A program made the position numbers and the translations under genes. A DNA stretch of 64,000 nucleotides from a virus: IMG/VR virus record IMGVR_UViG_2700989228_000034, positions 1-64,000 of that record; one strand, written 5' to 3'. Shown here in pieces: positions 1 to 8,747 of the stretch (its first letter is position 1; each line of letters begins with the position of its first letter). A model generated the notes under the pieces. The model searched no databases. It saw nothing but the letters and a program-made list of their open reading frames with translations, and was not told where the DNA came from.

Positions 1-173
1 ATCTCTCCCTACCTTATTGCCTTTTTCTCCTAAGCAAAAGCAAAAGTTAAATGGTTATTCATAACTATTTTTACTGAAACAATGGAAGATACAACAGTAA
101 TTATTGGTGCAAATATAGTCTTTTGGCTTGTAATTTACATCATAATGGAAAGCAAAAATCAGCAAGATAAACA

Positions 174-473
174 ATGAAAAAGCTCATTTTCTGCTTGTTT
201 ATGGCTTTATTAAGCTGTACAAGCTATGCTCAAGTAGCAAGAGAAGATAATACTTTTAAGTCTACAACTACTCAAACTACAAAGAGTGAAGGACAGCAAA
301 CTAAGTACACTTGGGAAGATAAGAAGGGTAATAAATATCCTATCTATATTACCAAGAATGGTGCAGTATATATCAACAGAAAGTCTGCAAAGACTGGAAA
401 AAACTACAAGCAGTATCTCTCAAAAGAGGTAAAAGAGCAAATACAGAAAGAATTAAACTTTAAGAAATCATGA
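174..473 (+). CDS. small secreted/lipoprotein-like protein
   Basis: N-terminal signal peptide with a lipobox-like LLSC; Lys/Thr-rich mature part. Confidence 0.35.
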   Translation: MKKLIFCLFMALLSCTSYAQVAREDNTFKSTTTQTTKSEGQQTKYTWEDKKGNKYPIYITKNGAVYINRKSAKTGKNYKQYLSKEVKEQIQKELNFKKS

Positions 474-709
474 AGAGTATTAAGTTAGTTCTCAAAGGTA
501 TATTACTATGGGTTTCAACACTCATAGTATTACTCTCTGTTTGTGGTATAGATAGTATTGCAGACAAAGGTTATGGTTGGTTCTTTGGTATGATAGTATT
601 AGATATTATGCTTATTTTAGCCTGCTTCTACACTATCACTGAAGAAGAGTACAAGATAGTGTCTGGTTATAATCTATTTAATGAGACGCTCAAACTAGAT
701 GAAGATTAG
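470..709 (+). CDS. small membrane protein (2 predicted TM helices)
   Basis: hydrophobic segments; start overlaps the stop of the previous ORF. Confidence 0.3.
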   Translation: MKSIKLVLKGILLWVSTLIVLLSVCGIDSIADKGYGWFFGMIVLDIMLILACFYTITEEEYKIVSGYNLFNETLKLDED

Positions 710-773
710 GTTTTAGTTATATAAGTTAAGATTGTTTTTAGGATGTGCTATTACTGTGAAGTAGTAGCATCTA

Positions 774-847
774 GGGTCTATAGCTCAAGTGGTTAGAGCA
801 GCACACTCATAATGTGAAGGTTTAGGGTTCAAGTCCCTATTGACCCA
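774..847 (+). tRNA. tRNA-Met/Ile2 (anticodon CAT)
   Basis: Cloverleaf read by hand: acceptor GGGTCTA/TTGACCC (6 of 7 bp), D-arm GCTC-AAGTGGTTA-GAGC, anticodon loop CTCATAA, T-arm TAGGG-TTCAAGT-CCCTA. Confidence 0.75.
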
Positions 848-867
848 CTTTAAGTTTTTAACAAAAT

Positions 868-1167
868 ATGGTACAACTTTCCATTATAATTGATGACAAC
901 AACAAGGTTGCTGTTAATCAGAGTGCTACTCCTACTAAAGTGGAGAAGAAGTCTACAATAGCTGACAAAACTTACTTTATAATAATGAGAAATTTTGATG
1001 AAAGTTCTTGGCTAGAACTAGTAACAGAGGACTTTCAGGAGGCTCTCTTTACTAAGAAGGAACTTGAGAAGAATGGAGGATTTTGTTATTCATACAGAAT
1101 CTTTGTGCAGAAGAATGGTTCTATAGTACCTTGTAATGGTGCTGACTTTGATATAGATTCACTCTAA
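868..1167 (+). CDS. hypothetical protein
   Basis: 99-aa ORF in a compact plus-strand gene array. Confidence 0.3.
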   Translation: MVQLSIIIDDNNKVAVNQSATPTKVEKKSTIADKTYFIIMRNFDESSWLELVTEDFQEALFTKKELEKNGGFCYSYRIFVQKNGSIVPCNGADFDIDSL

Positions 1168-1185
1168 CCTCTTAAAAGAAAAGTA

Positions 1186-1259
1186 GCATCCATAGCTCAA
1201 TGGATTAGAGCAACAGCCTTCTAAGCTGTAGGTTGTGAGTTCAAGCCTCACTGGATGCA
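1186..1259 (+). tRNA. tRNA-Arg (anticodon TCT)
   Basis: perfect acceptor GCATCCA/TGGATGC, D-arm GCTC-AATGGATTA-GAGC, anticodon loop CTTCTAA, T-arm GTGAG-TTCAAGC-CTCAC. Confidence 0.85.
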
Positions 1260-1300
1260 CAAAGATTACATAAGCTTTTAACACTTTAAATACTACAATT

Positions 1301-1594
1301 ATGTTCGGACAAATCACAAACAAAAAAGGAGAAAACTTGTATATTCTTACATCTGTGTCTACTAATGACATCAAGCCTTATATCACAGTAGATACTTGGG
1401 CAAAATGTAAAGAATGGTTAGAACAAATGACCGTAGAAACAGATAATGATAGGTTCTTTGCTCAACTTGTACATAAAGAAGTCGATGAAGAGTTTCATAA
1501 AGCAGAAGCATCTATGAGATGTAATAAAAAAGGCTGGGGTAGTGACTTCTTTAAGTATATAACTATTGAACCTCTCTACACACAAGCTTGGTGA
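1301..1594 (+). CDS. hypothetical protein
   Basis: 97-aa ORF. Confidence 0.3.
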   Translation: MFGQITNKKGENLYILTSVSTNDIKPYITVDTWAKCKEWLEQMTVETDNDRFFAQLVHKEVDEEFHKAEASMRCNKKGWGSDFFKYITIEPLYTQAW

Positions 1595-1918
1595 TATAAT
1601 AAATAATGACAATCAAAGAACTATATTACTTTGCAATAAACCATTCTTTATTAGATGAAGAGGTTGATGTTGTTACTAGAGAATACAATGAGGAGTTTTT
1701 GAAAGTTACTAAACCTACTAAACCATTGGATTTAAGTAAGGTTGAATATACTTTTGAAGATGTAATAGCGTTGTTTTCTAACTGACACTCTGAAAGAACT
1801 ACAGAGTGTAAAGAGCATGGTGAATCTAAAGTACTAAGCTAGCTAGTTACTTCTATAGCCATAAGTGTGAAGAAGGAATAGAAGAGGGCACACACTTGAA
1901 GAATAAAAAGCCCCAACT

Positions 1919-1990
1919 GCCCTTATAGTTCAAGGGATAGAACACAAGTTTCCTAAACTTGGAATGTAAGTTCGAGTCTTACTAAGGGCA
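1919..1990 (+). tRNA. tRNA-Arg (anticodon CCT)
   Basis: perfect acceptor GCCCTTA/TAAGGGC, D-arm GTTC-AAGGGATA-GAAC, anticodon loop TTCCTAA, T-arm GTAAG-TTCGAGT-CTTAC. Confidence 0.85.
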
Positions 1991-2027
1991 CAAAACAAGA
2001 AACAAGAATAACAAAACAAACAAGAGT

Positions 2028-2342
2028 ATGATAACAAAGAAAAGATGGACTGATAAGGAGAATAATATTCTAGTCCAGGCTATTACAGCTAATCCTCATA
2101 ATATTAAAGAAGCTTGCAAATATGCTGCAACTAAGCTTGAAGGTAGAACACCTAAAGCTTGTATAATGCATTGGTATGGAGTTATAGCTCCTGCAAATAA
2201 CCCAACTAAATTGGGTGTAAGCTTCTTAGCAGTAGGTCCTAAGACTATCTATAAGAATAGAAAGAATAGTGGGAGTTCTATTGTTCAGCCAGAGAAAAAT
2301 ACACTGTGGATTAAAATCAAGAAATTCATAGGATTAAAGTAG
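2028..2342 (+). CDS. Myb/SANT-like DNA-binding protein
   Basis: RWTDKEN..L..A...(19)..LEGRTPKAC..HWYGVI matches the Myb/SANT spacing W-x19-W-x~19-W/Y. Confidence 0.35.
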   Translation: MITKKRWTDKENNILVQAITANPHNIKEACKYAATKLEGRTPKACIMHWYGVIAPANNPTKLGVSFLAVGPKTIYKNRKNSGSSIVQPEKNTLWIKIKKFIGLK

Positions 2343-2462
2343 AACAATATTTCTCAAGGATAGACTTGTAATAGAGAATATCTTTGGGATTACTTAATAC
2401 AACTGTCACTCTAAGTTTTTATAAATAATAAAATAATAAATCATATTAAAATATAATACACT

Positions 2463-2699
2463 ATGGCAAGAAAAAGATTTAACACAGCAAGAGTATGTAC
2501 TTCAGAGAATTATGAAATATCTCATAGAGCACACAAACAAGAATTAACAATGGCACATTCTCAATTACAACAAATGCTAATAAAAGAAGAAATAGTTGTT
2601 AAAAAGACAGCTTATATTAAAGTGTTTGGTAAATTTGTGCCATTAACTAGTGTAGAAATACCTCTATATGAAGGTAAGACAGAGATAATTTGGAAGTAA
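2463..2699 (+). CDS. hypothetical protein
   Basis: 78-aa ORF; a TATCTTTG (-7-like) box lies 77 nt upstream. Confidence 0.3.
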   Translation: MARKRFNTARVCTSENYEISHRAHKQELTMAHSQLQQMLIKEEIVVKKTAYIKVFGKFVPLTSVEIPLYEGKTEIIWK

Positions 2700-2804
2700 A
2701 GTATTATAAATATTGAGACAAAAACATATATTAATGGCATAATTTTAATAGTCTCTATTACCTGTGAAGGTAGTAGAGACTTCTTAAACTTTGAAAGAAT
2801 ACAG

Positions 2805-3185
2805 ATGAAAAAATATATATTAATATTGATTTTATCAATTATAGTCAATATTCCTATCATAGGAGAAACAATAACTCATGTCACTCTCACCTATTATCAA
2901 CCAGTCAAGACTCAGTGCAATTCTGAGCCACTGGTTACTTCTGATGGTAGTAAGATAAACCTCCATCATCTTAAACATAATAAAATTAAGTGGTGTGCTG
3001 TCTCAAGAGACTTACTTTGGTTATTTCCTAAGAATAAACCTAAAAGAGTCTATATTGAAGGTTTTGGTATCTATGAGGTTAAAGATATTACTAATAAACG
3101 TTTCAAACATAGAGTTGATATATTAATACATCCGAAAAATACTAAAAGAATTTGTTTGAAAAATGTAAAAGTCAAAATATTATAA
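2805..3185 (+). CDS. hypothetical protein with N-terminal signal/TM segment; target gene of an HNH endonuclease insertion
   Basis: 126-aa ORF whose last 22 codons recur, synonymously recoded, downstream of the HNH gene at 3714-3794. Confidence 0.4.
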   Translation: MKKYILILILSIIVNIPIIGETITHVTLTYYQPVKTQCNSEPLVTSDGSKINLHHLKHNKIKWCAVSRDLLWLFPKNKPKRVYIEGFGIYEVKDITNKRFKHRVDILIHPKNTKRICLKNVKVKIL

Positions 3186-3712
3186 TGGAAGAAATATGGA
3201 AAGATATTGAACGATACAAAGGTATCTATAAAATATCCAATTTAGGAAGAGTTTATTCTATACAAAGAAAAAGGATTAAAAATACTTTTATAGATAAAGG
3301 AGGATACGTAAGAGTACAACTTTATTATAATTATACTCAAAAAGGATTTTTAGTGCATAGATTAGTGGCAGAAGCTTTTATACCAAATCCTAATAATTAT
3401 CCTCAAGTAAACCATAAAGATGAAAATAAATTAAATAATTGTGTAAATAATCTAGAATGGTGTACTAATAAGTATAACTGTAATTTTGGAACTAAACCTG
3501 AAAAATGTAGAGAGAACTCTTTAAAATTGCAAATGAATAAGAGACAAGTGACAATATATGACTTGGAAGGTCATTACATAGATACTTGTAGAAGTATGAT
3601 GGATGTTGCAAGAAAACTGAATTGTAGTTATGAAAATGTTCAATCTGCATTATATGGTAAAACTAAAACTTGTAAAGGATATATACTTAAATATAATGAA
3701 CAAACGTCATAA
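3152..3712 (+). mobile_element. HNH homing endonuclease (NUMOD4-like N-terminus + HNH_3 core)
   Basis: WKDIERYKGIYKISNLGRVYS (NUMOD4-like); HRLVAEAFIPNP...VNHKDENKLNNCVNNLEWCT (HNH_3 H-N-H). Confidence 0.7.
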
Positions 3713-3795
3713 TCATTGCATTGACATTCTTATCCATCCTAAAGATACCAGAAGAATTAAATTGGAAAAGGTTAAAGTAAAAATATTAAAATAAA

Positions 3796-3999
3796 ATGAC
3801 ATTTATAAAGATTATAATATTCCTTTTACTAACAAGTATGTTAGCTATAGGAATGATGTATGTAATAAGTACTCCTACACCTATAAAGACTCCACAAGAA
3901 TTTCAGTATAAAAAGCATGATTACATTTATTTTCCTGGTAAAGGAATTATACATTCACCAGAGTGCAAACAATGTACATTAACATTTGAAACAATATGA
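3796..3999 (+). CDS. small membrane protein
   Basis: 67 aa with an N-terminal TM helix. Confidence 0.3.
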   Translation: MTFIKIIIFLLLTSMLAIGMMYVISTPTPIKTPQEFQYKKHDYIYFPGKGIIHSPECKQCTLTFETI

Positions 4000-4244
4000 T
4001 TATATTAGGAATAATTTTATTATTATTAGGATTTATTGTATCTATAGTAATAATACTTAAAGACCAAGTTGATAAATTAGATTTAATTGGCGTATATTCC
4101 AGTGTAGCTGTAATGGTAGGAGGTACAATGATGATACGTGAAAATAACTGTCCACAAGCTATAGATGTCTATAGAGGTAAAACAACCTTACAGATAACAT
4201 ATAAAAATAATGTGCCTATAGACACAACAGTAGTTTACAAATAA
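3996..4244 (+). CDS. small membrane protein
   Basis: 82 aa, N-terminal TM helix; start overlaps the previous stop (ATGA). Confidence 0.3.
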   Translation: MIILGIILLLLGFIVSIVIILKDQVDKLDLIGVYSSVAVMVGGTMMIRENNCPQAIDVYRGKTTLQITYKNNVPIDTTVVYK

Positions 4245-4262
4245 AAAAACATTAATTAAATT

Positions 4263-4445
4263 ATGTATACTTTAGGAATACTTACCACTATTGCCATAGT
4301 TTTTGGATTTGGACTGCTAATATATGCTATATTCGAGTCTACTTTACTTGGCAATATAAAAATTGCATGTAGTGCATTTTTTGGAGGAGTTTTTGTAACA
4401 ATAGGATTAACAATACTATTATATCATATTCTATTTACTGTTTAA
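4263..4445 (+). CDS. small membrane protein (2 TM)
   Basis: 60 aa, almost entirely hydrophobic. Confidence 0.3.
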   Translation: MYTLGILTTIAIVFGFGLLIYAIFESTLLGNIKIACSAFFGGVFVTIGLTILLYHILFTV

Positions 4446-4707
4446 AATAATGATAACTTTAGAGAGGTCAACTCCATCTCAAAGAAAGAAAATAGAACTT
4501 ATTGAGAAATGGATGAACATCAAATTCAAAGGCTGTATCACTAGTAAAATAGATTGTCAACTATTTATAGATGATTACTATGAAGATGCAGTCTGTTTAC
4601 AACAAGAATACAACGAACTATGAAAGAAGAATATACATCATGGGAGTACTTCAAAGAAGATACTCCTATTCCTAACATCAAAGTAAATAATCACTAAACT
4701 AAACAAT

Positions 4708-5193
4708 ATGGAAACAAAAGAACTCAAAATACAAGTTCCAGAAGGTTATGAAATTGATAAAGAAAACTCTACATTTGAGCGTATCAAATTCAAGCCTATA
4801 AAGAAGGATATTACATATGAAGATGTGTGCAATAGTATGCTTAAAACAGGTTATTATACAGATAGTCGTGGTAACATTCTGCATGTTACAGAGTATGCTG
4901 ATGATGTCAAAATAGATAAAAATAATGCTACTAACGAAAAACAACTTAAAAAACTATTAGCACTAAATCAACTTCTTACTATTGCTGAATATTATAATAG
5001 GAATACTGCTAAATTAAATGTAAGATACCGTATATGCTATGATAGTACTAATTATTATTATAACGTAGTTCCTTACGAATCTTACAACTTTACATATAGT
5101 CTAGAAGCTCTATTTAATAATGAAGAAGATGCTCTAGCAGTAATTGATAACTCTAACTTCCGAGAAATTCTTGATACTATTTATAAAGATTAA
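4708..5193 (+). CDS. hypothetical protein
   Basis: 161-aa ORF. Confidence 0.35.
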   Translation: METKELKIQVPEGYEIDKENSTFERIKFKPIKKDITYEDVCNSMLKTGYYTDSRGNILHVTEYADDVKIDKNNATNEKQLKKLLALNQLLTIAEYYNRNTAKLNVRYRICYDSTNYYYNVVPYESYNFTYSLEALFNNEEDALAVIDNSNFREILDTIYKD

Positions 5194-5795
5194 TATTTAT
5201 GGATAAAGGTATAAAAAATTGTGAAGTATATAATATAGACATTGAAAATTGGAAAAACCATGCCTTTATTAATATAAAAGTAGAGGAGGGCTATACTATT
5301 GTCCTTATAATACATTTATAACTAAAGATTCTACCTATTATAAGAGTGAGATTAATTCAGGTAAATTTGAAATAATAGGCAAAATTAAGAATGAAGGTAA
5401 AGAATACTCTGTTCTTGGTAACTACGCATATAGTAATGGTTATCCTGGCTTGGGTAGCTTTATTTCTTATCAAAGTGTGAGTACTTCTGAAAGTAATTAT
5501 AGTGGATTTTTAGGTTGTGCCACTAAAGAGATTGCTCAACATTTCAGTAAATACTTTGGTATGCTCATTACTGAAGCCAAGTATGCAGATATGATAGACT
5601 TTGAAATCATAGAAATTAAATATCAATAATTATGGCAAAATTTACAGTAAAAGACCTTCGAGAGGCATTGAAGAACCTTGATGAAAGTAAGGAAGTTATA
5701 ATTGTAAACTCCTACTCAGGTAGTGACAAGATTGACATTGAATATATCAAGGAACTCAAAGAAAATGGTAAAGAATACTACAAAATTAATATCTA

Positions 5796-6239
5796 ATGGC
5801 AAAGATTAATTTCACAAAGGAACACTTTGATAAGATGTGCTCATTGCTTCTTACTATGTTGCTCAACAACAATACAGTAAATTCTAAGCTTGGTACACCT
5901 ATCAATGTAGTTGAGTTACTTCACACTACTACAATTAACTCTCTTAATAATATCAGACTTGCTTTATCTAATAAGATTGAGCAGCTTGAAAGTCAAGATG
6001 AGTGGATTGCAAGTGACTCTACTGCAAAGCAGTTAAATACTGCTAAAGAGCAGAAGGAGCTTGTGAACCTAGTAATAGGTTACAAGAGGTATAAAATGGA
6101 AGTTGAGGAAAATGCTCAGAAGAAAGCTATACTTACAGCTAAGCTTAAAGCTCTTAAAGAATCCCAGAAATCACCTGAAGATAAGATTAAGGAGCTTGAA
6201 GCAGAGCTTTCAGCAATAAGTGAAACTGAAACTTTCTAG
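5796..6239 (+). CDS. coiled-coil protein
   Basis: 147 aa with a Lys/Glu-rich heptad C-terminus; immediately upstream of the TROVE/vWA gene. Confidence 0.35.
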   Translation: MAKINFTKEHFDKMCSLLLTMLLNNNTVNSKLGTPINVVELLHTTTINSLNNIRLALSNKIEQLESQDEWIASDSTAKQLNTAKEQKELVNLVIGYKRYKMEVEENAQKKAILTAKLKALKESQKSPEDKIKELEAELSAISETETF

Positions 6240-6327
6240 TAGTATAAGGAAGACATATATAGTTCAAAGATAAAAAAGAATATCCTAACTACGTTACTTA
6301 CAAAAATAAAACAAAACATTAGCAAAA

Positions 6328-8151
6328 ATGGTACAGGTAAAATTAAACAAAAGTAACGATAATCCTTTTTATGGATTAAGAAGCTGCCTTAGACTCTTTC
6401 AGAGTGTAGGCAACACAATTGATGCATCATTACTTAATGCTTGTTGGTTAGAAGTTCGAGGAAATAAGGAATACAGGCAAATGTTCTTTAGTTTGCTTTT
6501 CTCAATTGGTGATATTACAGCTAGACAGCATAACATCTTTAAGGGTGTTAAGAGAGATAGTGGTGGTAATGCCAATAGAGAAGGTTTTCAAGTAGTTCTT
6601 GATTGGATGTGGAATAAACATCAAGCTCAATTTGTGAAGTTCCTTGAAGCAGGTTTATTTAATGAATATACTTGCTTTGATTTGCTGTTTAGGAATAGAG
6701 TACAAACTAAATGCTCTAGAGTTATTAGAATACACAATCTCTTTGCTGAAGTAAAATACAGAGAGGTTATTGCAAACTATCTCTATAAGGTTATTAATGG
6801 TAATAATCCTTTCAATAAAACTCTTGTTGCTAAATTCTTGACACTCCCTAGAGTAAGCAAAAGAAGTGGTCATAGCAAGATGCTTCCTGAAACTAAAAAG
6901 GTAATGGAAGATAAGGTCAAGTTACTTATAATGCTCTCAGAACTTATGGGTTGGGAGTATGAAGTAAATGATGGCTATGCTAACTTCAAGGGCTATAGGA
7001 AGTGGAGAAAGGATTATAATGGTGACCTTGAGTCAGTATTGTTCTCTACAGGCAAAATCAATGACTTTGATAAACAATCATTCATTGATTGGTTTGACAA
7101 GCTTCCTTCACAAGCAAGGTTTAGAGTTAAGAACAGAATCCTTTACAGTAAGATTAAAGATACTGAGAAGGCTAAATATCCTAAGTTCCAGCCTTGGCTT
7201 GCTGAATGGGAGAAATACAAGGAGTCTAAACAAGCTGAACAGAGAGTTCTAGAAGAAAAAGTTAGACAAGGGCAAGCTACAGAGGAAGATAAAATCAAGT
7301 TGAAGAAAGTTGCAAAGCAGGCTAAGGTCAATACAGGAGCAACTAACTTCAAAGAGCTATATAATGACATCTGTAATGATAATGTAGATAAGCTTAAGCT
7401 TGAAACATTCATGACTAAGGTTAATCTTCCTTATAATAGTCTTGTAATCATAGATGATTCAGGTTCTATGCATGGCAAACCTTTCAACTTTGCTTCATTC
7501 TTGGCTTCTGTATGTCTATGTAAGAACCCAGATGATGATGGTAGAAACTTACTTGGTTTCTTCAATACTAACAGCCACTGGCATACTTGTATAGATAGGA
7601 AGAATAATTCTATAAATTCTTTCATCAGAAGTGTGACAGTAAAGACTAAGCAAACTCCTTTTGTTGACCCTAAGAAGAGCTTCTATGAGAATTATCAATC
7701 TATCAAGAACTTCTGTAGTGCAGTATTCCAAGGTGGTGGTACTAATATTAGTAGAATACCTGATGATTTGCATAAAGAATGTCAGAAGAATCCTCAGATA
7801 CTTGATGCTCTGAAGAACTACCCTGTATGGACTATCATCAGTGATGGAGAATGGAACTCATTGTGGTCTCCTGAAGCTTCAATGAATGACTTTATGATGA
7901 GGTGTCAAAGATACTTTGGATTTAAGCCATATATTGTAGCTATTGATGTAGATGGTGGTTGGGGCTTTAGTAGTGCTTCTATCAATAGATTTGAAGGTAT
8001 TGAGAATATGATTTACATTCCTGCTAATATAGCACAGATTGAGCAGTTCTTAACTAACTTCAAAGATATGGATATTATGGATGTTTATACTCCTTTACAA
8101 TCATTGTTTAGGAGTAATAGATATGACATAGTGAGAGAGAATGTGCTTTAA
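6328..8151 (+). CDS. Ro60/TROVE-like N-domain + C-terminal von Willebrand A domain protein
   Basis: MIDAS vWA motif LVIIDDSGSMHG about 370 aa from the start, plus a TDG-type strand (WTIISDGEW). The N-domain has VLDWMWNKHQ and CFDLLFRNR, which resemble Ro60 AIADWYNEKG and HKDLLRLSH as recalled from memory. The layout, a ~370-aa helical domain followed by a vWA domain, matches Ro60/Rsr. Confidence 0.45.
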   Translation: MVQVKLNKSNDNPFYGLRSCLRLFQSVGNTIDASLLNACWLEVRGNKEYRQMFFSLLFSIGDITARQHNIFKGVKRDSGGNANREGFQVVLDWMWNKHQAQFVKFLEAGLFNEYTCFDLLFRNRVQTKCSRVIRIHNLFAEVKYREVIANYLYKVINGNNPFNKTLVAKFLTLPRVSKRSGHSKMLPETKKVMEDKVKLLIMLSELMGWEYEVNDGYANFKGYRKWRKDYNGDLESVLFSTGKINDFDKQSFIDWFDKLPSQARFRVKNRILYSKIKDTEKAKYPKFQPWLAEWEKYKESKQAEQRVLEEKVRQGQATEEDKIKLKKVAKQAKVNTGATNFKELYNDICNDNVDKLKLETFMTKVNLPYNSLVIIDDSGSMHGKPFNFASFLASVCLCKNPDDDGRNLLGFFNTNSHWHTCIDRKNNSINSFIRSVTVKTKQTPFVDPKKSFYENYQSIKNFCSAVFQGGGTNISRIPDDLHKECQKNPQILDALKNYPVWTIISDGEWNSLWSPEASMNDFMMRCQRYFGFKPYIVAIDVDGGWGFSSASINRFEGIENMIYIPANIAQIEQFLTNFKDMDIMDVYTPLQSLFRSNRYDIVRENVL

Positions 8152-8349
8152 TAGCACAAATCTATGATACTTACAACATTTTATAATTTGCTAAAATTAA
8201 GATAAAATATATATAAGTATCAATAAGGGTATAGGAGGAGTGATACCTTCTATACTCACTTCAAGACACTTACAAATTTATTTGCTTTTATAAAAAGGAT
8301 GACATAGATTTTATTATATTAGTGTCTACAAACATTCAGTCACTTACAA

Positions 8350-8428
8350 TACTAATAGCATTAGCTCATTTGGGTAGAGCATTAGACTTGTAATCTAAGG
8401 GTAGTTGGTTCAATTCCAACATGTATAT
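8350..8428 (+). ncRNA. tRNA-Thr(TGT)-like element with an unpaired acceptor stem (pseudo-tRNA or Y-RNA-like)
   Basis: canonical D-arm GCTC-ATTTGGGTA-GAGC, anticodon arm TTAGA-CTTGTAA-TCTAA and T-arm GTTGG-TTCAATT-CCAAC, but the 5' ATAGCAT cannot pair with the 3' ATGTATA. The unit is enclosed by the flanking stem AGTCACT(8338-8344)/AGTGACT(8433-8439). Confidence 0.45.
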
Positions 8429-8445
8429 AAATAGTGACTATACAA

Positions 8446-8556
8446 GGGGAAGTAGCTAAAATGGTTTAATAGTATCTTAGATACTTACAATACTAAATCA
8501 ATAAGCAATAGATTTCATAAACTATCAATATGTAGGTTTGAGTCCTACCTTCCCCA
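8446..8556 (+). ncRNA. tRNA-like RNA with a ~57-nt insertion in place of the anticodon arm
   Basis: perfect 7-bp acceptor GGGGAAG/CTTCCCC, D-arm-like GCTA-AAATGGTTTAA-TAGT, T-arm GTAGG-TTTGAGT-CCTAC; the internal region contains hairpin AGTATC-TTA-GATACT followed by TACAATACT; total 111 nt. Confidence 0.45.
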
Positions 8557-8561
8557 CTTTT

Positions 8562-8627
8562 GGCACTTACAAAAGTAACTTTGTTTAATTATTTTTGGTA
8601 CAATACATAACAAGTAGTGCCAATTTT
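8562..8627 (+). ncRNA. motif-bearing stem element without a tRNA-like core
   Basis: GGCACT-TACAAAAG...(48 nt)...AGTGCC, 6-bp closing stem. Confidence 0.3.
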
Positions 8628-8629
8628 AT

Positions 8630-8743
8630 AAGGCAGTCGTCTAGTGGTCAGGACACAGGTTAATAAATATTAGTATCTGATGATACTTACAATACTTAAA
8701 AAAATGGGTCTCTGTAACAGAAGTTCGATTCTTCTCTGCCTTA
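8630..8743 (+). ncRNA. tRNA-like RNA with a ~58-nt insertion in place of the anticodon arm
   Basis: perfect 7-bp acceptor AAGGCAG/CTGCCTT, canonical D-arm GTCT-AGTGGTCA-GGAC and T-arm AGAAG-TTCGATT-CTTCT; the internal region contains hairpin AGTATC-TGAT-GATACT followed by TACAATACTT; possible closing pairs ACAGG/TCTGT; total 114 nt. Confidence 0.5.
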
Positions 8744-8747
8744 CTTC

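Noticed and set aside
2379-2386. Second Bacteroides-type promoter (TATCTTTG -7 box) upstream of the 2463 ORF
   Set aside because: Only the -7 element is present. No TTTG lies at the -33 position, and an AT-rich genome yields such 8-mers by chance. It is noted on the feature but not claimed.
8446-8743. Group I or group II introns in the tRNA-like genes
   Set aside because: Inserts are only ~57 nt, far below the ~200-nt minimum for a group I core. No P3-P7 elements were seen. The inserts are treated as an unexplained intervening or structural sequence instead.
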